Source: Tubulanus polymorphus
Taxonomy: Eukaryota; Animalia; Nemertea
Assembly (NCBI RefSeq): GCF_964204645.1
Contig: NC_134032.1
Span: forward strand, 7,180,275 to 7,244,274
Reading direction: 5' to 3'
Length of the DNA: 64,000 nucleotides
In this document: positions 50,948 to 64,000 of the stretch, in pieces
Layout: each line of letters opens with the position of its first letter
Position numbering within the stretch: position 1 is the first letter of the stretch
Notes under the pieces: generated by a model
The model's input: only the letters and a program-made list of their open reading frames with translations
The model's database searches: none
Told to the model about the DNA's origin: nothing
Program-made: the position numbers and the translations under genes

Positions 50948-53900
50948 CATTATGAGAATGCCGGTTTGCTAGCGTATCTATTTAACACCCGTATTGCTCG
51001 GGTTAGTTTTACTATCAACGGGTGGCGCTGTATGTAAATTTCACATAAATCAACGACTTTCGGCTATTAGCGGTACTTAAGACCACTTGAAAACATCATA
51101 GTCAATTACGGTAGTAGTGAACATAAAAAGATACAGTACAAAGATACAGTACGGTGTACAGTTAAGGACATGATTCCATAGGACCCATACCAGAGACATT
51201 TTGTTCAGACAAGGACTATTAGTTAAACACTAATCTTCATTTTCAGCAATTAACGATCTGGTGAATTAATTAGTGATTCGGTCTTTCGGTGGTTCGAGAT
51301 AAAATACCCGCAAAATAAGAACCTAACGAACCAGGGCTGACCACAAATTGCCCAACAGATACATTTTCGAAACGATACAATCCAATCATGTTTGGTAACA
51401 AATGTGGCGTGGACCATGGTCTTTTAACTGACCAGTGCATGACCAGTACTGACCATATAGTAAATTATTTGTTTGCAAACAATTAAGTTGTTTGGTGTCA
51501 AATAACTAGATATGATGTGGGCATTAATCTAAAAATTGTTTAACTGACCAATGCTTGACCAGTAGTGACCAGTTACCAGTGCTAACCAGAACCCCCATAA
51601 GTAATTTATATGTTTAGTGAATCCTTCGTCGGTACTACTAGCTCTTACATTTAAATTTGTCGCTTGAAAAAGTCTTGTCCGATTTTTGTTGTAGGTAGCG
51701 AGCTAACTTTGAAATTCCGCTAAAATGCATAAGATTTTTACGTAGGGTTTTGAACGAACAACGTTTCCATTTGTAATTGTAACGTGCGCATTTGAGCCTG
51801 TAACGTGCACATTTCACTCGCGTGAACGTGCGTATCGGTACCAACATGCGAGACTTGTCAAACTTTTACGAACAAGACTTTTATGGTTAATTTTGAGTGA
51901 TCACAACGCTAACCAATAGAGAAAGCTGTAAGTCCTAAGAAAATATGCATTAAGTATAACATATCTTTCAATATAATGATGAAGTATTCAACTGGCCATC
52001 ACAACAATATTTTGACTTATCTTATTGAAAAAACCGGAGTGTTAATGGGAAAACCTTGAATTCGAAACAATTCCACACTCAATCGTTTACTTTGAAAACA
52101 CAATTTGCATTTTGTGGACATGTATTTTTTTCTGCACCAAAAGCATGAAGTATATTATCTTTGCTTGTAAAAATTTGAAATTTTGGGGAAGATTTTTGGC
52201 CTCGTTAACCTGTGAAGACGTCCTTCGTATATTTTCTAAGACCGACCCTTGAAATAATGCTGAGAGTTCCGAGGATAATTTTGGTAGGATGTAAACTTAG
52301 GCCGCTTCGTATCCGTGGATGGTTGCTAATACACAATAATCGTAAGTACCATGAGATTCGATAGAATATCGTTTTTCAATCATACGTACACGAATTATCG
52401 CGATATAAAGATAAATGATATGTTCATATACTTTTTACGTCTTATACTGTATATTTCTTTAGTAGTATAAATAAAGAGTGGATCAGCAGGCCACCTGAGA
52501 CCATTCCACGATCTAAGGTCAGTTGCCAAAAGTTAGTAAGTTTACCAGTGGATAGTTAACATTTATAATGACAATTAAATTTTCATTGCTAAAATAACTT
52601 TGTACTTGTTGACTCAAAAGCAGAGAATTGAAAATACGATAATACGATACGAAAACTCAGTGTACAAATTCAAAAAGATTATCTCTAGTGAGAGATCGAA
52701 CGTTGTGTCGTAATTTTCTAATAATAAAACATGGTTTGAAATTTGAAATGTGTACATAGTTGATCTTTTTCAGTGTATTTAGTCATGTATCATATTGGAT
52801 ATGGTTAATTTAAACTATCTTTTGAGAAACGGGTCCCAGAGCTGTATCCTTTACTCCTGTAATAGAGGATGCAATCTATTTGCGACAAACAGCTAGGGCA
52901 AATAGCTAGAAAAGGTAACAATAGTGCATTGGCAAACTTAGAGCAAGCGTACATTGGTTGTTTAGGTTTTTCGAAGGGGAGAATTTGTGGGAAAATTAAT
53001 CATTACTAAGATATATCCGTGGCGAGCTTTTCCAGGGATTTAAAAAGTTGAGCTGTACACAAGGAATTTTGTGTAGTCCAATATCCGTGATTACCTCTGG
53101 CGTGGAGAGATACAATCTAAAACCAACCCTAGAGTCAAATATTTTACCACAATTTTTTATGATCAATAAAAAGATTGAGTAATAGACATTCAAACAGTAT
53201 TATCTAAATTCCACTCCATTTTAAACTCATTCATCTCTTCACAAACTCCAACTTGTTGAACAGTCCACATTAAAATTAGGGACCACTATTCTTGCTCATC
53301 TACACTGGCTACCAATCTAACAAAGGATTAAATTTGAGTGTTTGATGTTATAACAATATCAGACTGAAGTATGGATTCGGTTTCTACTTTTTAATTGAAC
53401 ATTTATATCACATATTGGGCATCATTTTTACCAGTATATATTGAATAACCTATCCATATATCATCTTCAATTTTATAAAATCTGACTTTTGAGATACCAT
53501 TCAATCAATGCATTCACATGCGGTCGTCGCTTTCAATAGCCACCACGGACTGGCTCCTTATTATTTCTTTGGTGATACCATTGGCGGACGATCCCACACG
53601 TTTCTTGCTCCAGCCCTAGAATGCTCAATATTCGTCATGAACCCCGATTTGAGTTTAAATTCAAAATACTCATAAAACACACCTGTTAACTAGATTACTC
53701 TAAAACACCTTTATGTGCAAGAATCAGTGAAATTGGCGCTTTATCAGTTGTATTCATCATTCGTACCCACGAATCTCGTATCGTATCCTATTAATGTGGA
53801 GACCCATCCTCGTAAAGAGAATGAATAGGCTCTGTTGCGTTCATATCATTTGATATGAGGCTACGTGTCATCTTCAATTGAAATCACGTTGTTTTTTTAA

Positions 53901-56624
53901 GGGTGGGCGAGAATATATTCTTATGTTTTTGTTTCTCTGAATGTTGCTATTTAAGAGTTCAATAATTTCAGTCTACCAAACAAAGGATTTTCCGTATGTT
54001 TCGTGACATGTTTTTCCATAACCCTAGGAGAGCATTTTAGGTATTTTTTGCGGATGACCGAAAGCTGCTGTCCCTTTCTAGTAATTTGATTATATCCGTC
54101 GAAATCTAAATTCTAAGAAGGAATCAGGCATATCTTCTTTATTGACTAAATATGAACTCAACAACAAGTGACACTCCCTTCAAAGGCGCCGAAGTAAAAT
54201 CATGTGTCGAGTGGAGATGATATTGTGTCAGAATTTCTTCAAAATCGGAGAAAATTGAATATTTTAAAAATAATCATTTTACATGCATGTTTAAATCCGT
54301 TATAACTGGAGAAATTTTCATGAAAAATATCTATGGAATCAGCGAAATGTAATTAAGAGGAATACTATGTTTAAAAAGTTATCAAAGACAATTGAAAAAA
54401 GTTTTCTGAATTCGTCAACTGTTAAACTAGTAACAACCAGATGTGTTCCCATTAAACCACCGACCGCGAGCCGAGTCGATGTGAGATGTGCCCTACACTG
54501 AAAATCTCAAGTGCTATACAACCGGTTTTTTAGGTGCCTCTGAATGTCGGCCGTTAAAAAACTGAACAATTCCCAATTGGAAAGGGCCTACGTAGTTAGA
54601 GAAAATTCAAGATGTGTATATCGTGTGAGATACAGGCTCCATATTTCATGTGCGTTTGGAATTTAACCTTGTTTATAACGAAACACGCATGTATTTATGC
54701 TATTTTAGATTTAAAAAGAGCGCACGAAAGTGTTTCATGAGACCCGCAAATAACGTCAAGTTATTTATGCATTTTTGATTTATATGAATAAATTTCGCTT
54801 CGAAATCTTAAAATTTCTCAGGTGGATTATTCAATAAATTCACAACAGTCCATTATGGATTAGTTTGACGCCAATCGTTCTTTTAAAGATCTTTCTTTCT
54901 CGAAGAAAGATTTTCTTAAAAACTTTGATTATGGCGAATCTTTTATGTGTCCGATAGTTAAACCTTCGGGTATTATACTAGAACACAAATTTTTAAAGAT
55001 ATTCATAACATACTGAAGGATATCACAGGTTATACCCGAACATATGCAGTTGGATAGATCTTTTTGTTTCGACTCGCATGCAACAGTAAAAACGGTACTT
55101 GATATAATAAGTGAACTTCATCATTGATATTTTCACTAATCTACTTGAATTCCAAAAAAGAACTGACAATGAAAAAGGGTTACAGCTGTGACTGATATCG
55201 CTCCAAATTTCAATTCCTATGAACACTTTTAATATAAAGAAAACTATTAACGAAACAGTTTTTAGAGGCGAAGAATCCGCGTTACCATCGAATTTTCAAA
55301 ACTTGAAGGAATGGTTAATGCCTCGGTGACCACTGGTCTAGTACGCGGTTTTCTGAAATGAAAGTGGCCAAGTCTAAAGAACAACTATTGTATCACATGA
55401 TTTCAAATATTAGGAACCCAATGCGTTTAATGATTTAATTAATTGGTATCGCGCAGATTGGTTGAAAGACGGGTGTTAGTCACCTTGTGATTTAATTGTT
55501 TTTCATGCATCGATTAATTAATCTTATTATAACTTATTTGTAGGGCGCATCCCGCAAACATTTTCTATTCGTTGAGTTTTCAAACGCAGTACTGTTCAGA
55601 TGATTCGAGTCAAGTAGTAAAAAAGTTTATGTATTAGCATTACTATGCAGTGAAAATAACGCACTGCGGCAAGTGAGGTGCTGTGATCCAGATGTGTAAC
55701 CCATTTATGGGTAATAAATTTCCATCATGTCAACGCCATTCAAAAACAGTAGCAAAACTTTCTGCTGGTTTCTAGAAATAGCAATACGACGACAAGCACT
55801 TTCGAATTCGACCACGATATTTGAGAAGTTTCACTGGTGGTCAGTGATGGTCAATTTATGAATTTTAATGGCGAATCCTTTCTAGTTTCACACCAAAAGC
55901 GGTACCGGTATATCGTTCTTTCAAGAAGTTTCAATTGGTCAGTGGTGGTCAGTGATGGTCAATTTATGAATTTTCAATGGCGAATCCTTTCTAGTTTGAC
56001 ACCATAACGCGGTATATCGTTTTCATATTCGAGAAGTTTGAATTGGTCATTGGTGGTCAGTGATGGTCAGTGATGAATTTGCAATGATGATTCCTTAGAG
56101 GTTTGAAAACAAACATTACATGATAAATTTCCGAAATTCGAAGTCAAGTGTTCAGACTCGGGGATATCTCAATTGGTCAGTTACTGACCATCATGGTGTC
56201 ACCATTGTGGTCTATAGCTCAAATGAAACATGTGGAACCGACGAAGGGGCCCAAAAGCGTTAAGTCATTTCCTGGAGTGACGTGATCCAAAAATGCCCTA
56301 ACTGGAAAAGGCAGTCTCTCAATTGGATGAAACCAAATCGGACAGGACAATTAAAATTTGGGAAGGCCACAGGTAGTGGTATTTCTACGAAGCCCACGCG
56401 GTGAGCGTATTATTATGAAATCTTTTTTTAAACCACCATGTACCACGAAGTAATAAGCATCGTTGTAAGCACTTGAAACAGCCATTAACCACTTGAAACT
56501 GTCAGATCAAACATCATACCGCATCCCCGCAAAGAGGGGTGGTTCAGCAAACCGGAGTTTTCATTAGCCTCTCTAGACTACCCCGCCAGTACGGGTAGCC
56601 GAGCAAACCGAAAAACTCATAATG
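50948..56624 (+). mobile_element. 5677-bp non-coding TIR element, copy 1 (CAT...ATG termini)
   Basis: Ends CATTATGAGAATGCCGGTTTGCT / AGCAAACCGAAAAACTCATAATG. T on both flanks. TGACCA arrays near the left end and TGGTCA arrays near the right end. No long ORF. Confidence 0.9.
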
Positions 56625-57857
56625 TAACAGACCGCATCTTCACCCGTCAAGGGATTCGAACCCACTACGCTAAAGCAGTTCGCCGAACTAGCTGGTGGAA
56701 GCGAGTTTGGGAGTGATACCGGACCTCTGGCAAGCGAGGATGAACAGATCGTCACACAGAGATCCTGAGGCTGGTTTTATAGACTGGTTTCAGCTGTTAA
56801 CCTAAATTAATATTTTTTCAATTGAGTCAACCCCCAGGTTTTTTTTATCTTAAAATATGGATTGACCTTCAGCCCTGTGTACGGATTCTGTGGCCGGGCA
56901 CGGTAACCAAAACAGCTTCTCCATAACATTTGGATTTTGCGGGGGACAAGCACTCCGGCGCAGCTGTGCTTGTCCCGCCTCCACCCAACTTGGTCCTCCA
57001 TACGTCCTGGATCCTCTCGGGGCGCCGCCTATCTCTTCGTGCCCTCAGTCACCGTTGGTATGGGTACGTCCAGGTCCGCTAGTCCTCCTCTTGGAGGCGT
57101 GTTATTCAGCTGGAACCCTCTGCCGGATAAAATGTCGGTAGCGTGACTCCGGCCTCTTCTCAGCTGACCGGATTCCTCGTGTCCTGAAAAGTTATGACTC
57201 CGACTCTCTTTCTCACTCCAAACGCGTCCACGATAACTCAAAAACGGTATTTTTAATTCAAAATATTAACTGTATGTATTTTGCAGCTTCAACGGATTAA
57301 ATCCGAAGGGGTACCTCGCAATAATTTCTAATATACATTATTTACATAGCCACGGTCGTTTCACATTTCAACTATATACACTAGGCTCCTGGACAACGCG
57401 GGGTACGAGACAAACACGGCGTCCGGGGACAACCATGTCCACCGGGGACACGTCGACCGCGGGCCGGACATCAATACGTAATAAGGTAAGCGTAACTTTA
57501 GTTAGTTACCTAATCGTTGGTGGTAAGCTGTTTATAATCGGATGGGCTTAAACCAACCATGTGATTTGAGAAAATATCCAATCCTGAAACTAAACCACAG
57601 TCAGGTCACTGACTAGCGTAACTGGTATCGACGTTCAGTCCGAGCGAACGGTTTCTTGAATCTTGCGCGCTGCTTGCCTTTTATAGAGCGCGATTGACCC
57701 CCCATGAATAACCGGACGAGAAACATCGAACAATTTCGAAGGACATTTAATAAACAATGTTACGCGCAAAAGGTAGAAACTTTCTCATGTCCAATCGACA
57801 GTACCGGTGGCTCCGTCACTAAGCAATAGTAAGAACTAATGCTTTTGTAGACTGGTT

Positions 57858-60800
57858 CATTATGAGTTTTCCGGTTTGCTCGGCTACCCTTACTGGCGGG
57901 GTAGTCTAGAGAGGCCAATGAAAACTCCGGTTTGCTGAACCACCCCTCTTTGTGGGGGTGCGGTATGATGTTTGATCTGACAGTTTCAAGTGGTTAATGG
58001 CTGTTTCAAGTGCTTACAACGATGCTTATTACTTCGTGGTACATGGTGGTTTAAAAAAAGATTTCATAATAATACGCTCACCGCGTGGGCTTCGTAGAAA
58101 GACCACTACCTGTGACCTTCCCAAATTTTAATTGTCCTGTCCGATTTGGTTTCATCCAATTGAGAGACTGCCTTTTCCAGTTAGGGCATTTTTGGATCAT
58201 GTCACTCCAGGAAATGACTTAACGCTTTTGGGCCCCTTCGTCGGTTCCACATGTTTCATTTGAGCTATAGACCACAATGGTGACACCATGATGGTCAGTA
58301 ACTGACCAATTGAGATATCCCCGAGTCTGAACACTTGACTTCGAATTTCGGAAATTTATCATGTAATGATTGTTTTCAGACTACTAAGGAATCATCATTG
58401 CAAATTCATCACTGACCATCACTGACCACCAATGACCAATTCAAACTTCTCGAATATGAAAACGATATACCGCGTTATGGTGTCAAACTAGAAAGGATTC
58501 GCCATTGAAAATTCATAAATTGACCATCACTGACCACCACTGCCCAATTGAAACTTCTTGAAAGAACGATATACCGGTACCGCATTTGGTGTGAAACTAG
58601 AAAGGATTCGCCATTGAAAATTCATAACTTGACCATCACTGACCACCACTGACCAATTGAAACTTCTTGAAAGAACGATATACTTGCCGCAGTGCGTTAT
58701 TTTCACTGCATAGTAATGCCAATACATAAACTTTTTTACAACTTGACTCGAATCATCTGAACAGTACTGCGTTTGAAAACTCAACGAATAGAAAATGTTT
58801 GCGGGAAGCGCCTACAAATAAGTTATAATAAGATTAATTAATCGATGCATGAAAAACAATTAAATCACAAGGTGACTAACACCCATCTTTCAACCAATCT
58901 GCGCGATACCAATTAATTAAATCATTAAACGCATTGGGTTCCTAATATTTGAAATCATGTGATACAATAGTTGTTCTTTAGACTTGGCCACTTTCATTTC
59001 AGAAAACCGCGTCCTAGACCAGTGGTCACCGAGGCATTAACCATTCCTTCAAGTTTTGAAAATTCGATGGTAACACGGATTCTTCGCCTCTAAAAACTGT
59101 TTCGTTAATAGTTTTCTTTATATTAAAAGTGTTCATAGGAATTGAAATTTGGAGCGATATCAGTCACAGCTGTAACCCTTTTTCATTGTCAGTTCTTTTT
59201 TGGAATTCAAGTAGATTAGTGAAAATATCAATGATGAAGTTCACATATCATATCAAGTACCGTTTTTACTGTCGCATGCGAGTCGAAACAAAGAGATCTA
59301 TGCAACTGCATATCTTCGGGTATAAACTGTGATATCCTTCAGTATGTTATGAATATCTTTAGAAATTTGTGTTCTAGTATAATACCCGAAGGTTTAACTA
59401 TCGGACACATAAAAGATTCGCCATAATCAAAGTTTTTAAGAAAATCTTTCTTCGAGAAAGAAACATCTTTAAAAGAAGGATTGGCGTCAAACTAATCCAT
59501 AATGGACTGTTGTGAATTTATTGAATAATCCACCTGAAAAAATTTCGGTACTCGAAAAACGCCTATTCATATAAATCAAAAATGCATGAATAACTTGACG
59601 TTATTTGCGGGTCTCATGAAACAGTTTCGTGCGCCCTTTTTTTAAATCTAAAATAGCATAAATACATGCGTGTTTCGTTATAAACAAGGTTAAATTCCAA
59701 ACGCACATGAAATATGGAGCCTGTATCACACGATTTACACATCTTGAATTTTCTCTAACTACCTAGGCCCTTTCCAAATGGGAATGGTTCAGTTTTTTAA
59801 CGGCCGACATTCAGAGGCACCTAAAAAACCGGTTGTATAGCACTTGAGATTTTCAGTGTAGGACACATCTCACATCGACTCGGCTCGTGGTCGGTGGTTT
59901 AATAAGAACACATCTGGTTGTTACTAGTTTAACAGTTGACGAATTCAGAAAACTTTTTTCAAATGTCTTTGATAACTTTTTAAACATAGTATTCTTCTTA
60001 ATTACATTTCGCTGATTCCATAGATATTTTTTCATGAAAATTGCTCCAGTTATAACGGATTTAAACATACATGTAAAATGATTATTTTCAAAATATTCAA
60101 TTTTCTCCGATTTTGAAGAAATTCTGACACAATATCATCTCCACTCGACACATGATTTTACTTCGGCGCCTTTGAAGGGAGTGTCACTTGTTGTTGAGTT
60201 CATATTTAGTGAAACAAGAAGATATGCCTGATTCCTTTTTAGAATTTAGATTTCGACGGATATCATCAAATTACTAGAAAGGGACAGCAGCTTTCGGTCA
60301 TCCGCAAAAAATACCTAAAATGCTCTCCTAGGGTTATGGAAAAACATGTCACGAAACATACGGAAAATCCTTTGTTTGGTAGACTGAAATTATTGAACTC
60401 TTAAATAGCAACATTCAGAGAAACAAAAACATAAGAATATATTCTCGCCCACCCTTTAAAAAAACAACGTGATTTCAATTGAAGATGACACGTAGCCTCA
60501 TATCAAATGATATGAACGCAACAGAGCCTATTCATTCTCTTTACGAGGATGGGTCTCCACATTAATAGGATACGATACGAGATTCGTGGGTACGAATGAT
60601 GAATACAACTGATAAAGCGCCAATTTCACTGATTCTTGCACATAAAGGTGTTTTAGAGTAATCTAGTTAACAGGTGTGTTTTAGGAGTATTTTGAATTTA
60701 AATTCAAATCGGGGTTCATGACGAATATTGAGCATTCTAGGGCTGGAGCAAGAAACGTGTGGGATCGTCCGCCAATGGTATCGCCAAAGAAATAATAAGG

Positions 60801-63800
60801 AGCCAGTCCGTGGTGGCTATTGAAAGCGACGACCGCATGTGAATGCATTGATTGAATGACATCTCAAAAGTCAGATTATATAAAATTGAAGATGATATAT
60901 GGATAGGTTATTCCATATATACTGGTAAAAATGATGCCCAATATGTGATATAAATGTTCAAATAAAAAGTAGAAACCGAATCCATAATTCAGTCTGGTAT
61001 TGTTATAACATCAAACACTCAAATTTAATCCTTTGTTAGATTGGTAGCCAGTGTAGATGAGCAAGAATAGTGGTCCCTAATTTTAATGTGGACTGTTCAA
61101 CAAGTTGGAGTTTGTGTAGAGATGAATGAGTTTAAAATGGAGTGGAATTTAGATAATACTGTTTGAATGTCTATTACTCAATCTTTTTATTGATCATAAA
61201 AAATTGTGGTAAAAGGCTAAACAAAAATGATACCTTGTTTCTCCGCAGCGGCCGGGTCATTTTAGTAAAATATGATAAAATTTATAAACAGTTCATTTCT
61301 ATAGCGGCCAGGTCTGTTGTGGTAAAATTGATCACGATTTTAAAAAAAGTAATGTATGGGGTAGATAGGCGGCCGGCCGGGTCAACATTTAAGCTCAGCA
61401 GAGCGGAGAAACAAGGTATCAATTTTTTTTAGCCAAATATTTGACTCTAGGGTTTTAGATTGTATCTTTCCACGCCAGAGGTAATCACGGATATTGGACT
61501 ACAGAAAATTCCTTGTGTACAGCTCAACTTTTTAAATCCCTGGAAAATCTCGCCACGGATATATCTCAGTAATGATTAATTTTCCCACAAATTCTCCCCT
61601 TCGAAAAACCTAAACAACCAATGTACGCTTGCTCTAAGTTTGCCAATGCACTATTGTTACCTTTTCTAGCTATTTGCCCTAGCTGTTTGTCGCAAATAGA
61701 TTGCATCCTCTATTACAGGAGTAAAGGATACAGCTCTGGGACCCGTTTCTCAAAAGATAGTTTAAATTAACCATCATCCAATATGATACATGACTAAATA
61801 CACTGAAAAAGATCAACTATGTACACATTTCAAATTTCAAACCATGTTTTATCATTAGAAAATTACGACACAACGTTCGATCTCTCACTAGAGATAATCT
61901 TTTTGAATTTGTACACTGAGTTTTCGTATCGTATTATCGTATTTTCAATTCTCTGCTTTTGATACAACAAGTACAAAGTTATTTTAGCAATGAAAATTTA
62001 ATTGTCATTATAAATGTTAACTATCCGCTGGTAAACTTACTAACTTTTGGCAACTGACCTTAGATCGTGGAATGGTCTCAGGTGGCCTGCTGATCCACTC
62101 TTTATTTATACTACTAAAGAAATATACAGTATAAGACGTAAAAAGTATATGAACATATTATTTATCTTTATATCGCGATAATTCGTGTACGTATGATTGA
62201 AAAACGATATTCTATCGAATCTCATGGTACTTATGATTATTGTGTATAGAATCAATAATGAGCAACCCTCCACGGATACGAAGCAGCCTAAGTTTACATC
62301 CTACCAAAATTATCCTCGAAACTCTCAGCATTATTTCAAGGGTCGGTCTTAGAAAATATATGAAGGACGTGCTCACAGGTTAACGAGGCCAAAAATCTTC
62401 CCCAAAATTTCAAATTTTTACAAGCAAAGATAACATACTTCATGCTTTTGGTGCAGAAAAAAATACATGTCCACAAAATGCAAATTGTGTTTTCAAAGTA
62501 AACGATTGAGTGTGGAATTGTTTCGAATTCAATGTTTTCCCATAAACACTCCGGTATTTTTCAATAAGATAAGTCAAACTATTGTTGTGATGGCCAGTTG
62601 AATACTTCATCATTATATTGAAAGATATGTTAGACTTAATGCATCTTTTCTTAGGCCTTACAGCTTTCTCTATAGGTTAGCGTTGTGATCACTCAAAATT
62701 AACCATAAGTTTGAATTCTCACTGATCTACTACATCTCTATAACAAAAATATATTTCATATCAGGCAATTAGCTTTGATTTGTGGTCAGTGGACAGCAGC
62801 TACGAAACATTTCAAACTACTACATTATCATTCCATCTATTCATGTATATATAATATGATATGATATCTTCTTTGTTCAGTTTAAAAGTCTTGATCGTAA
62901 AAGTTTGACAAGTCTCGCATGTTGGTACCGATACGCACGTTCACGCGAGTGAAATGTGCACGTTACAGGCTCAAATGCGCACGTTACAATTACAAATGGA
63001 AACGTTGTTCGTTCAAAACCCTACGTAAAAATCTTATGCATTTTAGCGGAATTTCGAAGTTAGTTCGCTACCTACAACAAAAATCGGACAAGACTTTTTC
63101 AAGCGACAAATTTAAATGTAAGAGCTCGTAGTACTAACGAAGGATTCACTAAACATATAAATTACTTATGGGGGTTCTGGTTACCACTGGTAACTGGTCT
63201 GTACTGGTCAAGCATTGGTCAGTAAAACAATTTTTAGTTTAATGCCCACATCATATCTAGTTATTTGACACCAAACAACTTAATTGTTTGCAAACAAATA
63301 ATTTACTATATGGTCAGTACTGGTCATGCATTGGTCAGTTAAAAGACCATGGTCCACGCCACATTTGATACCAAACATGATTGGATTGTGTCGTTTCGAA
63401 AATTTATCTGTTGGGCAATTTGTGGTCAGCCCTGGTTCGTTAGGTTCTTATTTTGCGGGTATTTTATCTCGAACCACCGAAAGACCGAATCACTAATTAA
63501 TTCACCAGATCGTTAATTGCTGAAAATGAAGATTAGTGTTTAACTAATAGTCCTTGTCTGAACAAAATGTCTCTGGTATGGGTGCTATGGAATCATGTCC
63601 TTAAACACCGTACTGTATCTTTGTACTGTATCTTTTTATTTTCACTACTACCGTAATTGACTATGATGTTTTCAAGTGGTCTTAAGTACCGCTAATAGCC
63701 GAAAGTCGTTGATTTATGTGAAATTTACATACAGCGCCACCCGTTGATAGTAAAACTAACCCGAGCAATACGGGTGTTAAATAGAAACGCTAGCAAACCG

Positions 63801-63814
63801 GCATTCTCATAATG
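57858..63814 (-). mobile_element. 5957-bp inverted copy 2 of the same element
   Basis: Collinear reverse complement of copy 1 (ORF-track pairs 51638/62919, 55023/59129, 52996/61163). Same termini, T on both flanks, with private insertions. Confidence 0.9.
61215..61434. mobile_element. 220-bp MITE with GG termini and 3-bp TSD (Zator- or PIF-like)
   Basis: TIR GGCTAAA.AAAA.TGATACCTTGTTTCTCCGC. Absent from the equivalent site in copy 1 (~53138-53150), which shows that AAA was duplicated. Confidence 0.9.
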
Positions 63815-64000
63815 TGTCGGTCACACCTTCAGCTATTCTGACTGCGAATGCAGTATGGCGCAGAATTGGACATGCGACCAGTGTAATGTCATCCCCGCTC
63901 GCCAGGGGCCCGGTATCGCTCCCGAACTCGCTTCCACCAGCCCCCTGGCCTCACGAAGCGTGATTTCATTACTGGCGCTGTTGCGCATGACGTCATACAT

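Noticed and set aside
56640-56700. tRNA gene on the minus strand
   Set aside because: A B-box is present but there is no acceptor stem or complete cloverleaf.
56807-57241. GC-rich overlapping short ORFs in the spacer as a real gene
   Set aside because: All frames are interrupted and no domain is recognisable. A minus-strand TATAAAAG near 57680 is suggestive but insufficient.
50948-63814. Single Polinton or giant foldback element with 5.7-kb TIRs, or an assembly artefact
   Set aside because: No shared outer TSD and no AG-repeat termini. Each arm has its own TIR pair and target site, and the arms differ by substitutions and independent insertions.

Overview
Eukaryotic DNA: AT-rich, with GT-AG introns. 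The transposon repertoire suggests a marine invertebrate, which is an inference. I see no intact host gene. The window is a dense, nested graveyard of DNA transposons. It contains a MULE-NOF-like pseudogene with a C-terminal cysteine-protease-like domain, a short Polinton/Maverick penton-like relic, and two divergent ISL2EU-type elements (THAP-DDE transposase convergent with SWIM-YqaJ exonuclease). It also contains a complete PIF/Harbinger element with a CAC TSD, a Kolobok element (THAP-DDE plus KolX/P2X7-ballast-like gene) nested in the second ISL2EU, Sola1, DUF6589 and kinase fragments, several MITEs and Helentron-type non-autonomous elements. Two things stand out. (1) A full-length 5.8 kb TIR element (44681-50514, 8-bp TSD, GG termini) encodes a ~971-aa CxxH-type DDE transposase that I cannot place in a named family. 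(2) Two inverted copies of a ~5.7 kb non-coding CAT...ATG element (50948-56624, 57858-63814) each sit at the centre of a 15-bp pseudo-palindromic target GWCNG-NN-T-NN-CNGWC with an apparent 1-bp TSD, forming a 12.9 kb inverted repeat. All family assignments come from motif recognition by eye, not database searches.
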